From: a virus
DNA length: 64,000 bases
Virus record (IMG/VR): IMGVR_UViG_3300020190_000042
Location: 11,227-75,226 of that record
Direction: 5' to 3' (one strand)
The notes under the pieces are model-generated. The model made no database searches and was not told where the DNA came from. It was given only the letters and a program-made list of their open reading frames with translations. A program made the translations under genes and the position numbers. Shown in pieces: positions 46,407 to 55,867 of this stretch (the first letter of the stretch is position 1; every line of letters starts with the position of its first letter).

Positions 46407-46580
46407 TCAAGCTTCGGCGCCTTTCTCTTCAGCTTTACGCTTCATTTTGGCTTTCTGAGCCTTCCGAAGCGCTTCTTTGCGCTTCATTTTGGAGTGCTCT
46501 TCCGATTTCTCACCGTGCTCGCCGCCTTTTTCCTTCGATTCAAAGTGCTTCCGGAGCGCTTCGGGCATTTTCTCAGCCAT
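46407..46580 (-). CDS. Small charged protein
   Basis: MAEKMPEALRKHFE...; start overlaps the GT17 stop. Confidence 0.6.
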   Translation of the reverse strand: MAEKMPEALRKHFESKEKGGEHGEKSEEHSKMKRKEALRKAQKAKMKRKAEEKGAEA

Positions 46581-47415
46581 TTGGTAAAAGATACTGGCGG
46601 ACTCTCTCAAGTTTAAACAATTCTGACGGCAAAAGCTCATGCGGATAAGCTTCTAGGATGTGATCGCAGCGCCCCAGAGGGTCTGTACCGCCAGCTTTTG
46701 CTTTGTAGTTGTCTAAATGCGACAACATTTCGTCACTGTTAGCCGGAGCCACGGAGTTCGGGATGTCGTCGAAGCAATGGGAGAAGGAAGTGACTTTGCG
46801 CTTCATCCGATCCGCATCGCCCATCCAAGAAAAATGCCAACCAGCGTCGCAATCGCCCACAACGAGATCGTTGGGGTTCATCCGAATTTGAGAAGGAGTC
46901 TGCTCTAGATGCTCATAGAGCACAACGGTGCCGCAGGTCCAGTTATTGGGAGCCTTGGAGTTATCGCCATGAGGATCTTTCACACGCAGATCAGCGCGCC
47001 CGTAAAACATCGGCATTGACAGACGAACGCAGCGCGACGCGTCGGCTTTAGCGATTTCCACAGCCTCAAGGAGTTTCTCCGGCTTGGGAATTTCGTCTAC
47101 GTCGCTGAAGAAAAATACAGAGTCCGGGGGACACATCCGCATACCGACTCCAAGTGCGTCCCGTTGGGCGTATTCCCGAGACCAGGGAATAGAGCATTCT
47201 TCAGGCGTGGGCAGCTCGACGTGCAGTACCTGAAGCTTTTCCTCAGGCAATCCGAGTTCACGGATGGTGTCTACGCAAGTAAACGGTTTAGGGTCTCCAC
47301 GGAACGTGCGGTTCCCATCGGTGATAATGAAACCGTCAACGACATCTTTAAGAATGTTGTAACGGAGCTCTAAGAGCTCCTTTTCGTCAAAATATAAAAA
47401 GCAATCAAACAGCAT
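46573..47415 (-). CDS. GT17-like glycosyltransferase (beta-1,4-GlcNAc transferase family)
   Basis: DCFLYFDE.ELLELR, TFRG.PK, RE..QR, SDVDEIP, GWHFSW, SFSH. Confidence 0.88.
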   Translation of the reverse strand: MLFDCFLYFDEKELLELRYNILKDVVDGFIITDGNRTFRGDPKPFTCVDTIRELGLPEEKLQVLHVELPTPEECSIPWSREYAQRDALGVGMRMCPPDSVFFFSDVDEIPKPEKLLEAVEIAKADASRCVRLSMPMFYGRADLRVKDPHGDNSKAPNNWTCGTVVLYEHLEQTPSQIRMNPNDLVVGDCDAGWHFSWMGDADRMKRKVTSFSHCFDDIPNSVAPANSDEMLSHLDNYKAKAGGTDPLGRCDHILEAYPHELLPSELFKLERVRQYLLPNG

Positions 47416-47440
47416 CTGGAGCTAAAAAGCTGCCAGTATG

Positions 47441-47767
47441 CTAACTCTTAATGGCGGTGTTGTAACCCCCACCCGCGCGAATCACTAAAGAGCCGTTCGA
47501 AGGGCGGCGACGCTCACGAGCAGCGCTCAAAAGATCTTGCTTAAGGCTTTCTAAGTCAGGTGCAGGTCCCTGATCCTCACCATAAGGACCAGACTTAGGG
47601 GGAACAGCACCCTGCATGTACGAAGCATCGTACCCGGCGTCGTAGCGAGTATCATCCATACCCGTGCCTTGGATACGCTCCTGCATCTGCGAAGCGCGCT
47701 CCATATCGTTAAAAGCAGCGCCGAAAAATTCGCTTGCTCGACCGAAGGGGCTAGATGGGCGCATCAT
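47441..47767 (-). CDS. Hypothetical protein
   Basis: Coupled ORF in the minus-strand run. Confidence 0.65.
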   Translation of the reverse strand: MMRPSSPFGRASEFFGAAFNDMERASQMQERIQGTGMDDTRYDAGYDASYMQGAVPPKSGPYGEDQGPAPDLESLKQDLLSAARERRRPSNGSLVIRAGGGYNTAIKS

Positions 47768-47979
47768 GAGCTTTTACGTTTAATATACTCGGAAGCTTTA
47801 CGTCTAGCTTCCCGAGCTTTTTCAGTATTAGGAACCTGAGTATTAACAGGTTTATCTCCACGCGTGGCAGCTTTTTTACGCTCGTCGGTAGCGCGACGTT
47901 CCTCTGGACTTAAAGCTGCCCAAGCTGCCCGAGGAAGATAACGTTCAGTTCTTCCTTTTTCACGAGCTATGTCAGCCAT
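47764..47979 (-). CDS. DUF5872-like protein, C-terminal half
   Basis: RYLPRAAWAALSPEERRATDERKK...VPNTEKAREAR. Confidence 0.7.
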   Translation of the reverse strand: MADIAREKGRTERYLPRAAWAALSPEERRATDERKKAATRGDKPVNTQVPNTEKAREARRKASEYIKRKSS

Positions 47980-48193
47980 AAAGATTGCCCGCCATTAGGG
48001 CTCTATCCGTTAAAGCTTTAGCTAACAAAGCATCTTTCGTGTAATCAACTAAACCGCTCATAATCGAAGTTTGAGTCGGTGTTGTAGCTGAGCTCAACCA
48101 CGAAGCAAAATCTTTGGCTTCAGGAAGAGCTCGTTCCCGAAATGTTGAGCCTCCGCTTAAAGCGGTAATTAAATCCGACGCCGAATAGTTCAT
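47972..48193 (-). CDS. Hypothetical protein
   Basis: Overlaps both neighbours by a few nucleotides. Confidence 0.6.
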   Translation of the reverse strand: MNYSASDLITALSGGSTFRERALPEAKDFASWLSSATTPTQTSIMSGLVDYTKDALLAKALTDRALMAGNLYG

Positions 48194-48423
48194 TTTTTAT
48201 CTTTCGATTTTTCGTACTCTTCGCGAGTTTGCCAATCTTCCTTACCCCAACGGGTAAGACGGTTCTCCGAAGATTTTTTACCTTCGTAAGATCCACCCAT
48301 TTCTTTATAGTACTTAGTCGCTAGCTGCATCGCACGAGCGCTGTGGCCACCGAGTTTTTTGCGGGCTTTTGCTTTAGCGCGAGCCCATTTCTCAGGGTCT
48401 CTTTTTTTAGCAATCTCAGCCAT
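48190..48423 (-). CDS. DUF5872-like protein, N-terminal half
   Basis: HSARAMQLATKYYKEMGGSY.G.K...LTRWGKEDWQT. Confidence 0.7.
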   Translation of the reverse strand: MAEIAKKRDPEKWARAKAKARKKLGGHSARAMQLATKYYKEMGGSYEGKKSSENRLTRWGKEDWQTREEYEKSKDKK

Positions 48424-48425
48424 GA

Positions 48426-48710
48426 TTAGTACAGTACGTAGCAGTGATCAATAGTCGAGGTGCCACTAATTTGAGTAATCGATATTGGCAACAAAACGTC
48501 CGTACGGATGTGGTTAAATGTAATAGGCGATTTAGAGTCCGCCAATAACACAACTAAAGTTTTGTCCGTGTTCTTGTTTGCATTCTCAACATAAACTGCA
48601 CGACAAGCAGCAAAGTTGACGTTAGCTCCCGATGCGTTTACAAGGAAACCACTGGTATAAGGCAGCGAAGCTGTCTGCCCGTAAACACCCCCAAACGCTC
48701 TAACGTCCAT
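48426..48710 (-). CDS. Small beta-rich putative structural protein
   Basis: CRAVYV...ITF......LLPI pattern. Confidence 0.65.
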   Translation of the reverse strand: MDVRAFGGVYGQTASLPYTSGFLVNASGANVNFAACRAVYVENANKNTDKTLVVLLADSKSPITFNHIRTDVLLPISITQISGTSTIDHCYVLY

Positions 48711-48712
48711 AT

Positions 48713-49018
48713 TTAATCCAGTGTCTCTATCAGTTTAACCAAATATTCGACAGCTTTTTCCAAATCTTGTTTTCCGTTTTTTTCTTCCCACCGCCATAGA
48801 TATTTTTGCGCACAGCCCTCTAGGTAACCTTGGTATTTAACCAAACCCATAGATGCGTTCTGTGCATCATAACATTCCAGACCTCCTTTTTTGTAATAAG
48901 AAGGGCGGACTGCAGGATCCTCACTCCGCAACGTTAAACCACCAAATTGTGGCTCCGCGCTGCTCCAAAAATCGTCGAAGTCTGTAGGCGTCGCGTCGGT
49001 GTAGGGTTTGTCGCTCAT
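48713..49018 (-). CDS. DUF3310 / T7 gp1.7-like protein
   Basis: PSYY..GGLECYDA...GYLEG...KYLWR...KNG.QDLEKA..YL. Confidence 0.8.
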   Translation of the reverse strand: MSDKPYTDATPTDFDDFWSSAEPQFGGLTLRSEDPAVRPSYYKKGGLECYDAQNASMGLVKYQGYLEGCAQKYLWRWEEKNGKQDLEKAVEYLVKLIETLD

Positions 49019-49079
49019 TTTTACCTTCAAAGTAGTAGCAGATGTGGACATACTCCGCACCGCGTGGGACCAATCTAGG

Positions 49080-49964
49080 CTACAAAATAAGCATCTCCTC
49101 TATACATAGTAAATCTTTTTCGCGTTCTTTAAACTGTCTTGAGTATTTGTCATCGTCATGACAAATCAACCCACACTCTAGAATGCAATAACTGTCTTTA
49201 CGTTTTACAACAGGCACACAACGTCTGTGCTCAAAGTTTATCGGTAAATATTCAAACGCTAATCCCATCGAACTACGGTCCGCAATTGGCCAATTTCTAA
49301 TGCCCGTTTTGGCGTAACTTTTTTGAGGATCAAAGCTATCGGAGCGAATATATAGTTCTCCGTCTTGCTGATCTAAGATCATCCCGCAGTAATAAGGACT
49401 GCCTAATTGAATAAAGAAATCAATCTCATGATCAACAACAAGAATTTTTGGAACCGTGAATCCAATATTGTGCCAGACATTAGGAGTTTCTTTGGTTAAA
49501 AGCCATTTTTCATAGTTACCAATCGGGATTCGTTTCCCTTCAAAATTTTCATAAAGGGCAAACCCAGGCTCTAACCCATATCGGTTTAATACTGGTTTCC
49601 ATTTTCTGTAATAGTCAAAATTATCTTTCCGAATTAAAACGTCATTTTCTTGATAAATGTAATAGTCCGCCGCGCGGTTCAAAATCGCTAAAGCTAAATC
49701 AGTTTTGTGTGCCCAGGTCAGATACCAACCCTCATACTCTGGACCGGCAACTTTAACCTCGACAGTAATATTTTTAAATTGCTCAAACAGCGTATCTAAT
49801 GTCTCAATATTATCCTGAGCTTCATAATTTATATAAATATGTATATGAACGTCCTGTTTAAATTTATCGTACTCTGTTAAAACATTTAAAAGCGGGTTAA
49901 TCCGCTCCAACGGATTGTGAGCCGTAATCGCAACCCAGATTTTCTTAGTCATGTCAGTATTCAA
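49080..49964 (-). CDS. Putative glycosyltransferase (GT-A-like)
   Basis: N-terminal beta strand VAITAH; YYIYQENDVLI (ExD/DxD-like); late H in ICHDDDKY. Confidence 0.5.
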   Translation of the reverse strand: MNTDMTKKIWVAITAHNPLERINPLLNVLTEYDKFKQDVHIHIYINYEAQDNIETLDTLFEQFKNITVEVKVAGPEYEGWYLTWAHKTDLALAILNRAADYYIYQENDVLIRKDNFDYYRKWKPVLNRYGLEPGFALYENFEGKRIPIGNYEKWLLTKETPNVWHNIGFTVPKILVVDHEIDFFIQLGSPYYCGMILDQQDGELYIRSDSFDPQKSYAKTGIRNWPIADRSSMGLAFEYLPINFEHRRCVPVVKRKDSYCILECGLICHDDDKYSRQFKEREKDLLCIEEMLIL

Positions 49965-51474
49965 TGCTGAAGTTGCCTCGACGCTGTAAATACTGGATCA
50001 ACCACGTGTAGGCGTCTAGCAGGTCGTCATGAGCTGTTGCGCCGACGTTGATCAACTGATCGAACAAAGCGTCGAATTTTCGGTATTTATTGAACACAAT
50101 TTTCTTGTTTTCTAGCAAACCTAAAGTTCCGCGAAAACGAGCGATCTTGTCCCCTCTAAAACCTTTAACTTCATGAATATTTAAGTTACCTAAGCCGCGC
50201 TCATTTATCAGCACTCGTCGAAGATCTGCCGCGAGAGATGCTTGATACGCCACGGATTCCACAACCAGCGTCACCGTGGAATAAGTCGGCATAAACTGAT
50301 TGTCGTGCTGAGTGAGGATACCCCACTCCAAGAGCATGTCGCAGAGTAAATCAATTTTCTCCAGGTTTCCGATTGAGCGGCATTGGTGAGCGTCAATGAT
50401 GTAGTATTTATCGCCTAAACGACCACCAAGAACAAAAGCTGTGTAATCGCTCGTTTCGTTTTTGCTAGCCGAAAGGTCAATACCGACTGCAAGTGAATCA
50501 AACTCGGTAACAACTTCCCCTTTAACTAATAGATCTGGTGAAACAACCAGATCGGAAGTCATCACAGGTTGTTGCTGATACTGGAACGCAAACGCCACGG
50601 GGTCCAGTTCTTTCTGGGTTAATAAATACTGCGACGACCACTGCTCCGGCCAATAGCTCACGGGTCCTCCATTGTTGTCGTATGTAATAGCCTCTTGGGT
50701 CACCTGTTTCCACCCTTTCTCAGGCACAAACATTGTCTTGTGGATGTCTAACGGGTGGAATCGAGTTCCTAGGCAGATTGATCGGCCACCTTCAAACACA
50801 ATCGGCGCAATAACAGAAGACCAGTTGGTATTCATCTCGTCTCGAATCGCTGGGTTTTTAATATCTGCGCTGGATTTAATAGGGTCATCAACGACAACTA
50901 AGTGTGCGCGCTTAGACGTAATAGAACCACGCAGGCCCGCAGCACGCAGCGTAAACTCTTCGTCGCCAAGCCTGGGAATACCGGCGTAATCAAAATCAAT
51001 CGACCAGCCGATGTCCGATTGCATCCCGGACTTCAACTGCACCCGGGGAAAAACTTTTCTAAATTCTGGAGAATCAATGAGCTGACGGATGATTCGGCTC
51101 TTAGGAATGGCCGTGGCGATGTTGTACGAAACATAAATAATCTGTAACGGCATCTTCGCCGTCGTGTGTTTTCCAATAATCCACGCGGTAAACATGTTGA
51201 GGCAGGTGCTCTTGGCGCTACCCCGTGGAGCCAAAATGTCTAAATTTGGTCCAGCAATATCAAGTAGATACTTATTGGACTCACCAGTGATCAGGTGCCG
51301 ATGCCATTCCAGCATGTGTTTTGCCGGAGGTTTATCGAGAAGCGTACAGAACGTATGAAAGTCATCTGCTGCTTTTTTGTATATCGTGTCGACGCCAGAT
51401 CCAGTGTCCTCACTAGCACGTAGTGCACGCATTTGTGCTGCACGACGATACGCGGATGTTTCCCGGCTAGGCAT
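49954..51474 (-). CDS. terL: Terminase large subunit
   Basis: Walker A APRGSAKST, Walker B LVVVDDP, GTRFH, YQQ.P, RNase H GIDLS...SDYTA, HDDLLDA. Confidence 0.93.
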   Translation of the reverse strand: MPSRETSAYRRAAQMRALRASEDTGSGVDTIYKKAADDFHTFCTLLDKPPAKHMLEWHRHLITGESNKYLLDIAGPNLDILAPRGSAKSTCLNMFTAWIIGKHTTAKMPLQIIYVSYNIATAIPKSRIIRQLIDSPEFRKVFPRVQLKSGMQSDIGWSIDFDYAGIPRLGDEEFTLRAAGLRGSITSKRAHLVVVDDPIKSSADIKNPAIRDEMNTNWSSVIAPIVFEGGRSICLGTRFHPLDIHKTMFVPEKGWKQVTQEAITYDNNGGPVSYWPEQWSSQYLLTQKELDPVAFAFQYQQQPVMTSDLVVSPDLLVKGEVVTEFDSLAVGIDLSASKNETSDYTAFVLGGRLGDKYYIIDAHQCRSIGNLEKIDLLCDMLLEWGILTQHDNQFMPTYSTVTLVVESVAYQASLAADLRRVLINERGLGNLNIHEVKGFRGDKIARFRGTLGLLENKKIVFNKYRKFDALFDQLINVGATAHDDLLDAYTWLIQYLQRRGNFSIEY

Positions 51475-51527
51475 ATCACTAAGTTGACACTATCGCTATA
51501 TTACTCGTATCTGAACACCTTTCAGGA

Positions 51528-52700
51528 ATGGCCAAAATTCTTTGGTACGGTGATGCTTGCTGTAATACAGGGTTTGCCCGAGTAACACACAGTGTATTAG
51601 AGCAGCTGCAAAAAGAGCACGAGATCTATGTGCTCGCAATCAATTATTCTGGCGATCCTCATAACTACCCCTATACCGTTTACCCCGCGTCGAACGTCAA
51701 CTGCGGAGACCGGTTTGGTATTCCACGGATTCCGGAAATTTTAGAAAAAGTAAAACCAGATATTTTTATCTGCCTACAAGATATTTGGGTTTGCAATCAG
51801 GTATGGGAGCGCTGCCAATTCCTTAAAGATTCCTTGAAATTTAAATTTATCTGCTATTTCCCTATCGACAGCGAGTCCTACATGCCGGACATGCTGCGCA
51901 ATATCCCTGAGTGGGACATGGCCATCACGTTTACCATTGAGTGCGCTCAGCGAATTTTAAAACACGATATTAAACCTTCTCGTTTAGGTGTTCTTCCCCA
52001 CGGGGTGGACATCGACAAATTTATGCCCGGCTCTCGATCAGAAGCACGTAAAGCTTTTGGGTTGCCCGAAGATAAATTTATCGTTCTTAACGCCAATAGA
52101 AATCAGCCTCGTAAGCGCATTGATCTAACGATTAAAGCGTTCGCAAAATTTGCGGTCAATAAACCCGACACCATGCTGTACCTCCACATGGGGGCCAAGG
52201 ATATGGGATGGGACGTTATTCCGCTCTTTAAATACGAAATGCAAAAGCTGGGACTTGACGGAACCAACCGTCTGATCCTGACTTCGAACCAAATAAATTA
52301 CTTAGACGCGCCGTCAGATGCCATGCTTAACCAGATTTACAACTGTTGTGACGTAGGTATAAATACAGCAGATGGTGAAGGCTGGGGTCTTGTTCCCTTC
52401 GAACACGCAAGCTGCAAAAAACCTCAGGTCGTACCCAACCACACGGCGTGTAGTGATATTTGGGAAGGCGCTGCTCAGCTTGTGGACATCGCTACGTGGT
52501 ACGTCGATAAAGATCTCGGCGTGGAGCGCGGCCTAATTGACGTAAACGATGCTGTTAAGAAATTAGACGAGCTCTATTACGACAAAAATATTTACGACGA
52601 AGTAGCCGAAGCATGTTACACCGTAACCCGCCGTCCGGAATACCGCTGGCAAAGCGTAGCCGCTGGATTCTCTCACGCTATTAAAGACCTCACCGCTTGA
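51528..52700 (+). CDS. GT4-family glycosyltransferase
   Basis: TGFARVT, PHGVD, NRNQPRKRID, EGWGLVPFE (E-x7-E). Confidence 0.9.
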   Translation: MAKILWYGDACCNTGFARVTHSVLEQLQKEHEIYVLAINYSGDPHNYPYTVYPASNVNCGDRFGIPRIPEILEKVKPDIFICLQDIWVCNQVWERCQFLKDSLKFKFICYFPIDSESYMPDMLRNIPEWDMAITFTIECAQRILKHDIKPSRLGVLPHGVDIDKFMPGSRSEARKAFGLPEDKFIVLNANRNQPRKRIDLTIKAFAKFAVNKPDTMLYLHMGAKDMGWDVIPLFKYEMQKLGLDGTNRLILTSNQINYLDAPSDAMLNQIYNCCDVGINTADGEGWGLVPFEHASCKKPQVVPNHTACSDIWEGAAQLVDIATWYVDKDLGVERGLIDVNDAVKKLDELYYDKNIYDEVAEACYTVTRRPEYRWQSVAAGFSHAIKDLTA

Positions 52701-52703
52701 TCC

Positions 52704-53783
52704 ATGCAGTCAACCACACGCTTTTTTCACGCTCACAGCAGCGTCCTTTATCCGATCAAACGTCAAACAACGGGTATACCCGATGTATATACACAAGCAA
52801 ACAACTTAAACGGCGTATTCACACGCATCAATTACGGGTTGCCTGAGGGCTCGGTCGCTAACTTCAGCTCCTCGATCCTCAAGCACAAAAACAAAACCTA
52901 CCTCGCGTGGCGCTCTCAGCCCGAGCCTTTCGGTTTCCGGTGGGACAACAACTACTTTTATCTAAACGATAAGCCAACCGATATTTACCTTGGCCTCCTT
53001 CACGACGATCAAACTGTCGTAGGTGCTAAAAACCTGCGCCCCAACAAGCACCGCCTTAGCTACGAAGACCCGCGACTCTTTGTCGGACCTGATGATGAAC
53101 TCTATGTTCAATTTGTTGCTTCAACTTACGCAAGTCGTCATAACAAGCATGGGCGCAACTTTTTTGATAATCCTAAAGTCGTTGTTTGTTACGTTGATGA
53201 ACTAGGAGAAGCAGTTCAAGCTGCTATTCCGCCTATCGGCGAAAACCGCAGCAAAGAAAAAACGGAAAAAAATTGGTGCTTCTTTAGTCATAAAGAAGAA
53301 CTTAAGTGTTTGTACTCGACACGCCCTCTTGTGATCGAGTGCGAAAAGAGTTCTCGTGTTGAGATTGATTCATCAGCGTTGGACGCTGTTACGAATGGGT
53401 CGCCCACTTTTAACTCCACGGCACCAATAAACCTAGGTTACGCTCACTTAGTTTTCTACCACTGGAAGCACATGGCTAGAAAACAAAACGGAGCACCGTA
53501 CCTTCAGTATCATCTGAGCGCATACTTAGTCGATAAAGAGTTTAAAACTATTACACATGTTATTAAAAAGCCTCTGTTCTCGGGATCTTTAAACGACGAG
53601 CTCATCTACTGGACGGATTACGGCGGCGCCCCTCTGTCCAATCAACCGGCAGTTATCCTTCCGTTCGGGGCATACATCGAAAACGCGAACCTCGTGATGT
53701 CTCTAGGCGTAAACGACGCGTTTATGGGCATTATGCGCTGCCCACTTGAGTCCGTTATGAAACAACTTGAGCGCGTAAGTTAA
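52704..53783 (+). CDS. Five-bladed beta-propeller glycosidase/mannosyltransferase-like protein (GH130/BMT-like)
   Basis: NFSSSI, YEDPRLF, EKNWCFF, LPFGA, SLGVND. Confidence 0.7.
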   Translation: MQSTTRFFHAHSSVLYPIKRQTTGIPDVYTQANNLNGVFTRINYGLPEGSVANFSSSILKHKNKTYLAWRSQPEPFGFRWDNNYFYLNDKPTDIYLGLLHDDQTVVGAKNLRPNKHRLSYEDPRLFVGPDDELYVQFVASTYASRHNKHGRNFFDNPKVVVCYVDELGEAVQAAIPPIGENRSKEKTEKNWCFFSHKEELKCLYSTRPLVIECEKSSRVEIDSSALDAVTNGSPTFNSTAPINLGYAHLVFYHWKHMARKQNGAPYLQYHLSAYLVDKEFKTITHVIKKPLFSGSLNDELIYWTDYGGAPLSNQPAVILPFGAYIENANLVMSLGVNDAFMGIMRCPLESVMKQLERVS

Positions 53784-54310
53784 CTCTTTTCCTCGCGCTC
53801 AATTGTCGACCACACGAGGAAAGAAGAATCGTCTAAGAGAGTTTGAATTGCAGGTTGTCCATCAAACGTCTGCATTAACTCTCTTAGGCACCGATCAGCT
53901 CCGGCAAGAAGTAAGCCGCGTCGATCTAGGCCATCGGAAATGGACCGAACAGCCTGGATGTGAGAACGCAATTCTTTCTGAAGAGCAGAAAGCTTAGTAG
54001 CTGCTGTGGCATGATCTAACATGCCGGTTATAGTCATGTTGCGTACGTTATCAATATCCTGCTTGATACCATCAATCTCTATGAGCAAGATCTTGCGAAG
54101 ATCCTCTTTAGGATATTTCTCCTGGACCCAGGCAGTCAGATCAGAAATACTGCCTGTGTAACTCGGCTGGAGAAACCGAGCATAAAGATACGCTTCGATA
54201 TCGCTGGTTGCGTTCTTGGCGTAAAAAACAAAAGCGTCCTTTTGAGATTTATCGAGCGAAGCTAACCAGGAAGCGACAGTGGTCGAATCACCTATTTGAG
54301 ATTTAATCAC
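53780..54310 (-). CDS. Hypothetical helical protein (possible terminase small subunit)
   Basis: 176 aa, upstream of terL on the same strand; assignment by position only. Confidence 0.55.
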   Translation of the reverse strand: MIKSQIGDSTTVASWLASLDKSQKDAFVFYAKNATSDIEAYLYARFLQPSYTGSISDLTAWVQEKYPKEDLRKILLIEIDGIKQDIDNVRNMTITGMLDHATAATKLSALQKELRSHIQAVRSISDGLDRRGLLLAGADRCLRELMQTFDGQPAIQTLLDDSSFLVWSTIEREEKS

Positions 54311-55068
54311 GCAAAAGCTCGTTGACCTGCAAGAGCCATTCCAGCACCAAAACGCTTAAGTGCCAACTGGCCTTCAATATTTCCACGCTGAAGAGCAAGT
54401 TGATTGCGAGTCTGCTCTTGCTGGCGGCGGATATCTAAATTCGTTGATGCGATATCGCCGGCAAGTTTGTTCGAAGTGCGTTGCGCTTCGGTAGCCATTG
54501 TGGCCAAAGCAGTCGCAGCTGGAGTCAGCAGCGTGGTTTGACCCTTGAGACCCTCGGTAGCTAACTCTTGAACACCCTGAGCGTATTGACGAGTTAATGC
54601 GGAAGCTGTCTCGGGACCGAGCATCTCAGTAGCCAACCGAGCTTTACCAGCTAAATCACCCAAACCAATTGCGCTGCTAGCGTACTGCGAAGCGATCCCG
54701 GCTTGCAAACCAGATAAAGTTTGCTCTTTTTGTTTAGCAATATCAAACTGATCGTACGCAGCCTGACCCAGCACTTTGGATTTGATCGCTTCAGTTCCTG
54801 TATAAGGAGCCATCAAAGAAGCAAGCTCGACGGCGGCAGTCGTAAGGGGAGTTACACCTGCGGTAAGGCCACCATAAAGACTCGCGTAGTCAACGCCCGG
54901 TCCTTGATCTCTGCCTCCTCCAAAAGCACCCAGTATAGAACCTAGGCCAGAAAGGGCCATACCCCCGCCAGCCAATAAACCGGCAGCGCCTAAACCTCCG
55001 GCAGCAGCGGCAGAGCCACCACCCGCTAATAAAGGAGCAGCAAAAGCAGCGGCAATAGGTACAGGCAT
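54307..55068 (-). CDS. Pilot/ejection-like internal virion protein
   Basis: Gly/Ala hydrophobic N-terminus followed by Gln/Ala coiled coil. Confidence 0.65.
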   Translation of the reverse strand: MPVPIAAAFAAPLLAGGGSAAAAGGLGAAGLLAGGGMALSGLGSILGAFGGGRDQGPGVDYASLYGGLTAGVTPLTTAAVELASLMAPYTGTEAIKSKVLGQAAYDQFDIAKQKEQTLSGLQAGIASQYASSAIGLGDLAGKARLATEMLGPETASALTRQYAQGVQELATEGLKGQTTLLTPAATALATMATEAQRTSNKLAGDIASTNLDIRRQQEQTRNQLALQRGNIEGQLALKRFGAGMALAGQRAFA

Positions 55069-55072
55069 AACC

Positions 55073-55858
55073 CTACTTTAAGTTAAAAGTGCCGAAGGGA
55101 GACAGAGCAGCTTGATAAACAGTGCCAAGGGCACCCATCATTCCTTGATTGGGCATCATCGAAGCAGCAATAGTGGAACCCAACGCAATCTGCTGTCGAG
55201 TATTTGCTTCGATACGAGCGCGCTCTAATTCTTTCCACGCTTCGATGTTCTGAAGCTCAATCTGACGCCGCGAATTTTCGCGGGTTTGACGCATAGAGAG
55301 TGCACTGGTGAATAGCGCACGCTTAATTGCCTGCTCGGTATCTTGTGCAGCAAGCTTCGCGCGAAGCTCAGGATCTAAAAGGCGCTCAAGAACCTTGTTG
55401 TAGTAATCCGTCTGAGGATCGGTGCTCTGCGTCGCAGGCGGCTGAGACGGAATACCTGTTGCAGTCGGTGTAGAGGGGCCGCGAGTTTCCACAGTGCTAG
55501 GCGGTTTTTCGGCGGGCTTTTTAACGCTACCAAAACGGGATTCTAAAACCTGCTGAAGACGGCGGAATTCAGCCTGTTCAGCAGCATCAGGAGCTGCTTG
55601 CTGAGGCTTCATGGTTCGAGCAGTATCAATAGTTTGATACCCGTAGCGAGGTCCGGTATAAACCTTCGTACCAATATTCGGCCCAAAATCTCTCTCTGAC
55701 CCAATCTGGATTTCTTCTTCAGACACAGGTTTCGCAGTCGGCGGTTTAGTACCGCCTCGCATAGCCTGAGCAGCTAAAGCAAGCGGGGCTAAGGGAGGAG
55801 CAAGATAAGGTGCTGCCTGAAGAGCCCAATTAGCAAAATCGAAGGTCGGGTCGGCCAC
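55073..55858 (-). CDS. Putative internal virion protein
   Basis: Hydrophobic N-terminus, Pro-rich linker, coiled-coil C-terminus. Confidence 0.65.
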   Translation of the reverse strand: MADPTFDFANWALQAAPYLAPPLAPLALAAQAMRGGTKPPTAKPVSEEEIQIGSERDFGPNIGTKVYTGPRYGYQTIDTARTMKPQQAAPDAAEQAEFRRLQQVLESRFGSVKKPAEKPPSTVETRGPSTPTATGIPSQPPATQSTDPQTDYYNKVLERLLDPELRAKLAAQDTEQAIKRALFTSALSMRQTRENSRRQIELQNIEAWKELERARIEANTRQQIALGSTIAASMMPNQGMMGALGTVYQAALSPFGTFNLK

Positions 55859-55867
55859 GTGATCTCC

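Noticed and set aside
49954-51474. Inteins or introns in terminase, PolA or helicase
   Set aside because: Lengths and motif spacing are normal; no intein terminal motifs or reading-frame breaks seen
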